NCBI RefSeq assembly: GCF_006345805.1
Contig: NC_043005.1
Coordinates: 36,952,001 to 37,016,000 of the forward strand
From: Octopus sinensis
Lineage: Eukaryota
Direction: 5' to 3'
DNA length: 64,000 nucleotides
In this document: positions 53,078 to 64,000 of the stretch, piece after piece
Position numbering within the stretch: the first letter of the stretch is position 1
Layout of the letters: every line of letters starts with the position of its first letter
Made by a program: the position numbers and the translations under genes
The notes under the pieces: generated by a model
The model's database searches: none
Seen by the model: only the letters and a program-made list of their open reading frames with translations
Told to the model about the DNA's origin: nothing

Positions 53078-53374
53078 AATGATAGAGAAAGACAGATGCA
53101 GAGGAAGGGAGGAAGTAAATAGTAGTTATGAGAGGAGTTATGCAAATGATAAATTCGTTTCATTTTATTTTATTTTAAGGTAATAAATATTTTTTAATTA
53201 CTATTCATTTCATTATTTTTAAATAAACACCAATAAATCTGATAAAATGTTAAATTATAATAATTGTATATACTGTATGCCGTATTTCCTGGTATTATCC
53301 AGGGTAGCAAAAGTATACTTCCAAAGTTATTTGTAACACTCTTGCTGTATATATATATCATTGTATCTAGGTTA

Positions 53375-53570
53375 TTCCCCCTGCCACACTTGACGACTGG
53401 AGTTGGTTTGTTTACGTTTCTGTAACTCAGTAGTGCGCCAATAGATATTACTGTATTAGGTACCTGACTTCAAAATAAATAAGTATAGTAGTCAATTTGT
53501 TTGACTAAAACCCTTAAAAGCAGGGCCCCAGTATGGCTGCAGTCCAGTGACTGAAACGAGTAAAAGACAG
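53375..53570 (+). mobile_element. SINE family B 3' fragment
   Basis: CACTTGACGACTGGAGTTGGTTTGTTTACG ... GCCCCAGTATGGCTGCAGTCCAGTGACTGAAACGAGTAAAAG. Confidence 0.75.
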
Positions 53571-55068
53571 CTGATAGAGAACATTTTATAAAACATGTTT
53601 GTTTTCTAATGTTGATTTCCTACCTAACAATTAATCACCCGCGTACTTGGTGATTAAGTCATTTATCCTGTTACTTGTGTAGAAATAGATAAAATGATCG
53701 TAGAAAGGAATTGAAATTGTTGCTACCGGGTATAACAGTTTTCATATCGCAGCTGACGTAGACATTTGTTCTTGGGTCAGGCATTTAAATTCCCTTACTT
53801 AGAGTTTCTTCATATTACGTTGTTCTTTTATTACACAATATTTCGTTTATATGATTTCCTATTCTATTATATCATATAATTTTATTACGTTATATTCTAT
53901 GAAATAACATTATAATGCATTACACAAACTTAAATAACATATTTTATAATTCATTTTCATTTTTGTTGTTATTTTTCTCTGTATCTTTGTGCGGCAAAAT
54001 GGCTGATTGTTTAAAGTAGAAGACATCCAATAGCATAAATCGTGAGTTCGTGTCTGCTACAAAATATTCGCAGTGCTTGGGACAAGATCCATAATCTTCT
54101 AGGCTTCAAGATCAATGAGCAGTTTGAACCAGTACAATATGTTCTGACAATATATCGTATGTTCTGCCTGTAAAAGACTTGTGCCTTATCCGAAGTGACA
54201 TGTATCTCTTCTCGGTGTTCATGGAAATGGATATGCACTGATTTTCATGAATTCAGGTCTCTCGTAATTATGCATTATGTTATGTTTATCGCTTTTATTT
54301 TAGCAATTCACTTCTTGACAAGGGCAACACTTAAGACATTGTCGATGACAGCCACAACTGCATAAGCAAGAGTAACATTAACACCATCAATAATAATCTT
54401 AGTAACAGTATTAATTAAAACACTAATAAGAACGTTAGCAACACTAGTTGCTACAATAATATAAACAGTAACAGCAACGATTACAATATTAGCAACAATG
54501 GCAACAATTTCAGAAAACGTAATTTCAGAAAACGTAAAGACAAAACAATAGTGACAAAAAAATTAACAGCAATAATAACAGTGTCAACAACATTAGCAAC
54601 AATATCAACAACAATAATTACTATAGTGTCACCAGCAGTAAAAAACAACAAAATTATCAACGAGGAAGCATCTAATAAGCTTTTGTTGTCATTGTTGTTT
54701 TTTTATTGTTTGACCTCCGGTCAAATCTGGTCGAGCAAAGCTATAATGAAAAATATTGTAGCCATAAATATCTCAGATTATATTATCCTGTTTTTAAGAG
54801 CTTTAAAATGATTTGATGGAGACGTAGATGTTTCCAAAATCAGCTATACATTGATGTTTCCGAAATTACGTGAATCTTCTCGAAATCAACAATAGAAAAA
54901 CCTTAAGACTGCGGATGTTCGAACTGTTAGTGGTTTATTCCTTTTACATACAACTGAAAGCGCAATTTATTTTCAAGGGCCCGACAACCTATAAATATTA
55001 TCTAATACATGGGGGCTACAGAAAAATTATTTAACAACAGGAACATTTTATCTGTACATCTCTCTTCG

Positions 55069-55107
<39 letters not shown>

Positions 55108-55879
55108 TCTCTCTCTCGCTCTTACCTTTTTTTCTAGTTTTCTCTTTTTGTGTGTTCTTTTGTGTAAGCAATATTATATATGCATTTTCCTTAGTTTGTC
55201 ATGGTTTACCAGCTTTAAACAAACGTTTAAAGTGATTAAATAAAATACAGCGTAAATACAAAAGCATTAATTTTAAATATATTTTTATTCCATTGGTGAT
55301 CTCTCAGATCCACAAATGGACTTCCGGGATTTCAAATTTACATAAGAATACCAGTAATACACAGTGTCTGAATCAGACCACTAAAATATATCCAGAAGAG
55401 GCACGAGGATGTTGTTTATAAGAACAGAATAATATTTCTGAAGATCAACGTATTTATTGATTGTAATATTGATTACTTTTGTCAAAAAATAAATATCACT
55501 TACAAATATTGGAAAATGTTTATGGTCGAGTGAGTAGGGCGTCGGTCAATAAATCAAATTGTCTATTGTTTCTAACCTGTGACCGAATAAATATCTAGTT
55601 ATTAATAGTACCCAAAGGATAGGATGCCCTATAAATAGTTATAGCTGTGTAAGACTGGAGAGAGTTCCTTAACAAAATGAAGGGGTCAAATCCGTCAATT
55701 CGCTTGGTCCGACATAATATGGGTTAACAACGTGATCATTCTACCACTTTAATCACCGTCACCCACGGATTGAATAAATGATCTTTCATATGTTAAAAAA
55801 ATATATTTAAAAAAGTAAGTCACTTCCAACACAATTCCCTACCTAACACTGTTCTTCCCAGTTTTATTAGCTCCATTTC

Positions 55880-56040
55880 ACCCGTCTTAACGCTCTGAGT
55901 TCAGATCCCGACGAAGTCGACTTTGCCCTCATTGCATTCGTAGTTGATACAATAAGTGCCTGTTGAACACTGAGCTTGATGCAATCAACTTCCCACTTCC
56001 CGCAAAATTGCTGGCCTTGTGCCAAAATTTTAAATCATTA
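55880..56040 (+). mobile_element. Decayed SINE A copy (tail type 2)
   Basis: CTCTGAGTTCAGATCCC..AAGTCGACTTTGCC and AAAATTGCTGGCCTTGTGCCAAAATTT. Confidence 0.75.
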
Positions 56041-56064
56041 TTTTTATAAATTTACATCTGAGAA

Positions 56065-58134
56065 CACTTGGAACAAAAAGGTATATTACATGATCAGATT
56101 CACTAATAAAACTATTATTGACAAATTGTAATTAAAAGAGGCGGGGTGGGGAATTTAAATATTCTTTCTCCCGGTTGTCTAATTCGTATTTAAAGTTCTT
56201 TATTTGCAAATAACAAAGGGTTACTGTTACAATTGTCTAACTTGTGTAGATACTGGAATATGACACATTGCACGTACACGACTGATACTGATAGGCTCTG
56301 TGATATTTGTGGTAAAATGACTTTATTAAAATATCGATGGGAGATTACAGGACGCATTAAGAAGCTTTATTACGCTTATGTCAGATGTGCCATAGGTGAT
56401 TAAGACGAAATATTGGCGCCTTGTGTTTGTTACTTGAAATGCACTAACGATGCTAGAAAGTGGTCTTCACCTAAAAGACTGTCTATGGGATTTGCAAAGC
56501 TTACGATTTGATGAGAAGATATGATTCGCAATGCAGATTTTACACGAGTAAGACAGAAAGAGACACACACGTAAAACCAATAATAATATTTCTTACTCAA
56601 AATGACGTATCGCTATTTGGCTTGTACTGCTTTTTGTTGGTTTACTTTAATACCTGGCTGATAATGACTTCAATGATATATAGAGTTTTAAGGAAAACTT
56701 TGGTACCGAGTTTGCTCTAGATCATTAATAAAAGACTGGAATGGTTTGTCTCTGATTTAACCTTTTGCCTATCCTGTATATCACATGCGACACACAGCAC
56801 ATATTCCCCTGGCATCTACGCATCATATTCAGGCATATTCAATATACATTTCCAATTTATTATTTTTTTTAACCAACAGAATAACTTGGAACTTATGAAA
56901 GGAAAAGTTTATATAAAATATTTATCTTTGTTATGTGAATTGTCAGTAACAGCACACTTTCTGCATTCTCATTTTCCGTTTGAAATTTGGTGATGTTTCT
57001 GAGAATATTCCATATTTCGTAAAGATACTTCTGTCCTTGAAAATAGATATCAAGTCTGATTGAATGTTAGTTGACTATGCATCGTAACACTCACGGTCAC
57101 AAGTTCAAACTTCGTTTAAATGTTTGGTAAGAAGCTTGCTTCCCAACCATATGGTTCTGTGTTCAGTCCTACTGCATGGCACATTTAGCAAGTGTCTTCT
57201 AATATAGTTTCCAGTTGGAAGCTGAAAGAAGTCTGTCATGTAAGTGTGGGGGTGCTTTTGTGTCTGTATTTTCCCCACCACCGCTTGACAACGGTGTTGG
57301 TGCGTTTACGTCTCTGTTACTTAGCGGTTCGGCAAAAGACAGATAAAATAATTACTGGGCTTAAATAAATACTGGGGTTGATTCATTCGAGTAAACATTC
57401 CTTAAAGGCGGTGCTCCAGCATGACCGCTGTCTAATGACTGAATCCAGTAAACGATAAAATGCAACTTAGCAAAAAAAAACAACTTCTCGTTCTGTTAAT
57501 GCTTTTGTTGCAGTTATGTCTGATTTCCTGGGAAATAGGAAGCCATCAAATTATGAAGTTGTGCGGACCCTGTCAACCAGTTTTCGAGCACTGAGATGCA
57601 ACATGAGTGTAAAAGTGCATTTCCTGCACAGTCGTCTGGACTAATTCTCTGAAAATCATAGTCCAATAAGTGACGAGCAAAGAGAAAGATTCCACAAGGA
57701 CATTGAGGTTATAGAGACCAGGAATCAAGGCAGGTGGAACACAAAAATGAAAGCTGATTACTGCTGGTCTCTGCAAATAGTTTGCCGTGATTCAAGTTAT
57801 TCATGCAAAGCAGCAAGGAGAAAGTTCACACCTTCAGTAGCTGAAACTCCAGTTTCACAGAAATATCTATCCTAAGATATGTAATTAAATATTTTGTGTA
57901 ATATATTTGTTAAACAATAAAAAGTGCTATTTGTTTTGTATTAGTTTCTTATTTCAGTATTGCATTAATGACATTTTACGACAATTTTGGAAAAAAAAAA
58001 ATTTTATGGCAAAATCGACATTCGCGTGATAAAAAATTTCTGAGAGTATTTCTGAAACCAGCAAAATCAAATCAGGTAGGACTAATTGTAAAAAGCAAGA
58101 CAATTAAAATTTCTTTTAATAATGTTACCCAGTG
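56065..58134 (+). mobile_element. Decayed Chapaev3/CMC-like DNA transposon, internally deleted
   Basis: Termini are CAC(T)TGGAAC... and ...GTTACCCAGTG. The N-terminal piece reads CDICGK..IKKLY..CAIGD*DEILAPCVC (56299-56500). The C-terminal piece reads FLGNRK..CNMSVKVHFLHSRLD*FSEN..SDEQRERFHKDI..QGRW..ADYCWSL (57498-57780), with the H(2)H and ExFH motifs. Confidence 0.8.
57121..57460 (+). mobile_element. SINE family B nested inside the Chapaev-like element
   Basis: TGGTAAGAAGCTTGCTTCCCAACC..GTTCAGTCC head and AAAGGCGGTGCTCCAGCATGACCGC tail. Confidence 0.85.
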
Positions 58135-58239
58135 TTATCAACAAATTAATAAAAACGGCTGACCAGCACTATTACGTACGGACAAATAAGTCAACTGTTT
58201 TTATTCGGAGTAAGCTGTAGAAAAAAAACCTAACTTAAT

Positions 58240-58375
58240 AGAAAAGGAGCAAGTTGATTAGATCGACCCCAGTACACAACTGAAACTTAATTTATCGACC
58301 CTGAAAGGATGAAAGGCGACGTCGATCTTGGCAGAATTTGAACACAGAATGTAAAAACAGACGGTCATAATATAC
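58240..58375 (-). mobile_element. SINE A fragment
   Basis: ATCGACCCTGAAAGGATGAAAGGCGACGTCGATCTTGGCAGAATTTGAAC. Confidence 0.8.
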
Positions 58376-59061
58376 AAACATTTCTCATGGCACCAGTACA
58401 CTGTTTACAGATGCTTGTATTTTATGTTTTCCACAAAGTTTTCACGGGGCTAGCTAGTATAAATAAATACACAAAGAGGGAGAGAGACAATCACATTGTG
58501 TAGAATTCTATATACACATCTGTCGTTATCTTTTTTTTTATTCCCTCTCCCTACTCCATTAATGCATGCATATATGCACACACATATACAAACAAGTTTA
58601 TACAAACATACACTCACATTTGAATAGGTACATAGATAGATAGATAGATGGATAGATAGATGATAGATAGATACACATACATACACACACTTATATACAT
58701 ATGCACATATATAACAGTGTACGTATCACATGTATATTAAGTATAATAAGTTATATATATCCATATACACACATATGTGTGTGTGTGTGTGTGTGTTTGT
58801 GTGCGTGCAGAGGTCAACATGTGAGTGTAACTATGTGTTAGTGCTTGTGCGTGTATATGCCTTGACGCATCCAAATATGTATGCCTGTTTCTGTGATAAC
58901 GTTTGTCTATAGTGGACCTTATTCTGTAAATATGTGAATAGAAACGTATGGAAACATGCGTTTGACTGCTTGAATGTGCGGACATGACTATCTCTATGCG
59001 TATTTGTGCTTTTAAGAAACACAGATACGATATGTATTCATGTATTCATATGCGTGTGTGC

Positions 59062-59107
<46 letters not shown>

Positions 59108-59691
59108 CGTATGAATATTTGAATTTACAAATGAGTTTATGTATTATGAGTATGTGTTCATATATGTATGTATATGTACGCGTATAAAGATTTGAATTTA
59201 CAATTATGTGTATGTGTTCTGAGAATGTATTCGACGTTTATGCTGTACTTTAATATATTTTTTTACTTACTCCATTCAATTAATGGATCTGTACCACTAA
59301 AGAAGCCACTTAATGTTTAATATAGTTTTATGTTTATTATCTAATTGGAATATTGTCGAGATTTATAGTTCTACTGCAACAATCAATAAGTACTTCAAAG
59401 ACATTAATATTTTGTCGATGGAACTTGCTGATGCTGTTGTTGCAGCTATTATTGTTGTATTTGTTGTATTTGTTGTGAGCGTGTATAGTAATTTGTATAT
59501 GAAGAAAATGGCGACGTCAGTGGAAGCCGCAGAGTGTGATGAGGTTGACGACGTTATTTTTGTGAGAGCACATATCCCTTGTTTTCTGTCAATATTGAAT
59601 TATTTATATCGGTTTTGACATTCTTCCAGTCATTAAATAAAAACGAAAGAAAAAAAAACATCAACAAAATAACAACAAAAACAACAACAAC

Positions 59692-59747
<56 letters not shown>

Positions 59748-59814
59748 GGGCCTAAAACATGGAAGACCATATCAAAGGATGAGTTACAACAGATAAACAA
59801 AACCAAAAACAAAA

Positions 59815-59965
59815 AAAATGCGCAACTGGTACTTATTTTATCGACCCCGTTAGGATGAAAGATAAAAGTCGCCTTCAACGGAATTTGAACTCAGAACGTA
59901 AAGCTAGAGGAAATTCCGCGAAGTATTTTAGGTCAGAGTGCTAACGATTTTGCTAGCTTGCCGTG
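59815..59965 (-). mobile_element. SINE A copy lacking tail
   Basis: CAACTGGTACTTATTTTATCGACCCC..GGAATTTGAACTCAGAACG..GTGCTAACGATTTTGCTAGCTTGCC. Confidence 0.8.
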
Positions 59966-60070
59966 AAGATATTGGACGCAATATAATGGAGATATCTCAT
60001 ACATATTGATCGATTTGGAACAATAATAAAACATTGACAGATATTGAATTTGATCGATGAGAAATATTTG

Positions 60071-60133
<63 letters not shown>

Positions 60134-60142
60134 TATATATAT

Positions 60143-60370
60143 CTTTACTACCCACAAGGAGCTAAACACAGAGGGGACAAACAAGGACAGACAAAGGGAT
60201 TAAGTCGACTACATCGACCCCAGTGCGTAACTGGTACTTAATTTATCGACCCCGAAAGGATGAAAGGCAAAGTCGACCTCGGCGGAATTTGAACTCGGAA
60301 CGTAACGACAGACGAAATACGGCTACGAATTTCGCCCGGCGTGCTAACGTTTCTACCAGCTCGCCGCCTT
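60143..60370 (-). mobile_element. Full-length, little-diverged SINE A (tail type 1) inside TA microsatellite
   Basis: Complete head, core and tail, nearly identical to 34912-35144 and to the reverse complement of 49431-49665. Confidence 0.95.
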
Positions 60371-60406
60371 ATTATTATATATATATAATATATATATATA
60401 TATGAT

Positions 60407-60438
<32 letters not shown>

Positions 60439-60688
60439 ATATATATATATGTGTAATATATATATATATGTATATATTATATATATTATATTATATATAT
60501 GTGTATATAATATATATATATATATATGTAATATGTGTATATATATATATATATGTATATATAATAATATATATAATACATATATGTATATATTATATGT
60601 ATATATATACATGTATATATATACATTATATATATATATATATGTATATATATGTATATATATATATATATGGATATATATATATATG

Positions 60689-60753
<65 letters not shown>

Positions 60754-60972
60754 GTTATATATATATATAGATATATATATATATGTATATTATGTATATA
60801 TATATATATGTATATATATATATGTATATATATATATGTATATATATAATATATATATACATAGTATATATATAGATTATATATATGTATATATATATGT
60901 ATATATATATATATGTATAATATATATATATTGTATATATATAATATATATATATATAATATATATATATAT

Positions 60973-61004
<32 letters not shown>

Positions 61005-61010
61005 ATATAT
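60371..61010. repeat. ~640-bp (TA)n/(TATG)n microsatellite
   Basis: Directly visible. Confidence 0.95.
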
Positions 61011-61042
61011 AATAAACTATGACTTAACTATACTCTCACACC

Positions 61043-61093
61043 GTCTCCGATGAAGGGATATAATAATAAATATCCTAGAAACAGCTGTAAGAC
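61043..61093 (+). ncRNA. Type I hammerhead ribozyme motif (Penelope-type, palindromic stem III)
   Basis: GTCT-CCGATGA-AGGGATAT(AATAATAA)ATATCCT-A-GAAA-CAGCTG-TA|AGAC. Stem I is GTCT/AGAC, stem II is a hairpin, stem III is the palindrome ACAGCTGT, and the cleavage triplet is GUA. Core position 4 is C rather than U. Confidence 0.7.
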
Positions 61094-61248
61094 CTTCTAT
61101 CTATAAATGCTCTAATATCTACACAGCCTAGGTTTTTTTATCTTACTATGCAAAAAAGTCTTATATACACACGCTGACAGAACCAACGTTGAACCCTTTA
61201 TTCGCAAAATTACCTGACACCTTTGGGTCTCAATGACACCATTTTCTC

Positions 61249-61288
<40 letters not shown>

Positions 61289-61415
61289 CAAACATGCATA
61301 AGATATATGATCAACGGAAACTTCGAACTCTTCGTGAAAGTTCAATTATTGAGTAATTCTTTGTTTTAATGCTAAGATATATAATTTGAGATACGAAAAC
61401 TTTAACACATGTACA

Positions 61416-61453
<38 letters not shown>

Positions 61454-61894
61454 TGTTGTGTGTGTTTGTGTGTGTGTGTGTGTGTGTGTTCTATGTGTGT
61501 GTGCGTGTGTGTACATTGTGCTAAGAGCACAGACTTATATCGTAGCAGACGAAAACCGTCGGGAATGGCGTCTGCTAAGATATATTCTCTACCAATCAAG
61601 TCCTATCCAAAAACATACTAATTTGAGCCACGAACTCCCTATAAAATAACACAAGCTTCAAACACTAGTCAGAAGCAAGTCTGTTGCTTCATAAGCCACG
61701 TCCTTTTATATTTCATCTTTTTGAAAATCAGCGTAAACTGTGAAATCGGTTAAATCTTTAAATATAATAAAAAATATTTCAGCTATTCTCGGTGCCTTTT
61801 CAACTTTATTTTTTCCTATATTTCTACCTGTGTGGAATAAAATAACTTTGATTTCTATGTGTTGTGTGTGTGTGTGTGTGCGTGAGTGTGTGTG

Positions 61895-62048
61895 AGATCA
61901 TCATCATCCAGTGTTTTAGATCCGGGTCTTGCCCCCGTTGACAGGGGTGGTCGGATCTACCTCAATGCCATAGCAACCGAGGTAGGTAGGTGCAGCCCAC
62001 CAACCTTTGTGCTAGCTGGTGCCCATTTTCCTTTACTGTCATTAGGCT
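61895..62048 (-). mobile_element. Short GC-richer fragment ending in (GAT)n, probable retroposon 3' end
   Basis: (CAT)n at the left edge on the plus strand and (TA)n at the right. No coding similarity was recognised. Confidence 0.3.
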
Positions 62049-62063
62049 TATTATATATATATA

Positions 62064-62115
<52 letters not shown>

Positions 62116-62122
62116 AAAACAA

Positions 62123-62760
62123 AAGATGGAACAAGAACGTAACAGGAGTCAACAAAGATACAAAAAAAGACATGAAAAACAAGGAGTTTTCTATCTTCAG
62201 TCGATTTCCAGATCGCCGTTGCAGTTTTGGCCGGTTACACTCGTGGCTGCTCCAATCTGACCGGTTCCAAGAAAATCTAAGCTAAGTGCACTAGATTCTT
62301 TGGAAGAAAGCAAGTGAAGAAAACAAGGGTGAAAAATATCGAGAAATGGTACACAATTATAAATACAAACAACAGGATATTAACAATAGGTGTCTTTCGA
62401 CTAAGGACGAATTAAATTAAGCTGGCCTGTGTGGAAGTGAAGCCTTACGACAGGAAAATAAGAAATGAAAAGTCATAGAAAGGAATATAAGAGATGCTAT
62501 AGGGATGATAGTCGAACAAAGAAAGGTGAGGCTCGACGAAATATCGGTCACGTGGAAAGGGAGGGGAGAGATAGGGGCAGAGGGATTGGAGAATTAGGGA
62601 GGGACGAGAAGGAGACAAAAAGAAAGTAAATAGAGTGAGGGAGGTAAAGGAGGGGGAAAGTGATGAGAATGAAGGGAAGGCCAAGTACTACGAGAGAGGG
62701 AGGGCGAGGAAAAGAAAAGTGGAACGAAGAAAGTGTGAAGGGGGCTAAAAGAAAAAGTAA
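62123..62760. mobile_element. TA-abutting repeat starting ATGGAACAAGAACGTAACAGG, with purine-rich extension; second truncated copy at ~62979-63085
   Basis: An identical 21-nt start occurs in both copies, each just after (TA)n. The family is not identified. Confidence 0.5.
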
Positions 62761-62882
62761 GAGTCGTACAGAATTTATATATATATATATATATATATAT
62801 GAGACTAAAAGTGTACGTACGCCGCTATATATATATATATATATATATACATATATATGAGACTAAAAGTGTACGTACGCCG

Positions 62883-62965
<83 letters not shown>

Positions 62966-63163
62966 TATCATAATTAAAAAATGGAACAAGAACGTAACAG
63001 GCGACAACAAAACATCCGGACAGTTAGACGATACAAAAAGAGACAGGAAAAAGCAAGGACGAATCATGCGGAGCATTGTTTTGTTTATATATATATATAT
63101 CTATATATATATATATATATATACATATATATAGTGGCGTACTTATACTTTTGGTCTCCTATA

Positions 63164-63249
<86 letters not shown>

Positions 63250-63310
63250 GTGTGTGTGTGTGTGTGTGTGTGTACACAACCACACATACACACACATGTA
63301 TGTATACAGA

Positions 63311-63350
<40 letters not shown>

Positions 63351-63904
63351 CATATATGTGTCGTTGGGTTTTAATTATTTCTAGCTGTTTAGAAAAAAAC
63401 TACCAACAGACGTAAACTCCAAATGACAATATATTATATTTGTGTTTTCAGCAAGTTAAATTGAATGTCAATCGTAATAGATTACTTTACAGGCCATTTA
63501 GAACTGTTAAGAACATCGGGAGATCAAAGAATGGAAACGATGTCACTTTTGAAATTCTTCGTGATATTAGACAAAGCACACGGAATTGAGACTGATTTTC
63601 GACGAACCATTTCAAAATACTTGAGAACAGAGTACAAAGAAAAAGTAGTAATTAAGAAACTACTGGGAACATTGCACAAAACAAAAGGATGGATTTTTTT
63701 GTAAACAATTTCCAGCTGTTTAAACAATTAGACAGATGATGGTTGTGTAAAAAAAAAACCATTAATCCCACAACAAATTAACAGTTTGGTAAACACTTAA
63801 AACAGAACATTTGAAAGAGAGAGAAAAGTAAATGTTTATTTTCAGCTTTTGAAATGCATCTTCCACAAACGACCTTGAAGGCGAGAAAGTGATTAAAGCT
63901 CTGC

Positions 63905-64000
63905 CAGGCGCTGGTATGGCCGTATGTTGAACAAACTTGATTTGCACCACGTAGTTTCGGGTTCAGTCCCCATTGTATAACATCTTGAGGATGCGCCTTC
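63905..64000 (+). mobile_element. SINE family B 5' part running off the window edge
   Basis: GGCGCTGGTATGGCCGTATG..CCACGTAGTTTCGGGTTCAGTCCC head with B-box-like motif. Confidence 0.65.

Overview
This is AT-rich, microsatellite-saturated eukaryotic DNA. The SINE families and repeat composition look like a coleoid cephalopod, most likely Octopus; that call is from recall, not a search. I could not confidently identify any host protein-coding exon, and nearly all long ORFs in the track are translations of (TA)n, (CA)n or trinucleotide repeats. The window is a mosaic of mobile-element debris. It holds about 30 copies or fragments of one tRNA-derived SINE (family A), several copies of a second tRNA-derived SINE (B) and a short (CAA/TAA)-tailed repeat (C). 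Two copies of a ~555-bp (TAA)n-flanked element are also present. Larger elements include a near-complete but inactivated Hsmar1-like mariner (30455-31684), an internally deleted mariner derivative with intact TIRs, a decayed Chapaev3/CMC-like transposon, and RTE, R4/Dong-like and Penelope-like remnants. Best leads: (1) a type I hammerhead-ribozyme fold with a palindromic stem III in a short TA-flanked element at ~61.04 kb; (2) the same SINE-SINE fusion junction at the tRNA-arm hairpin in three places; (3) the fixed-ended TAA-flanked element; (4) a recursive-splice-site-like AG|GTGAGT at 13430.
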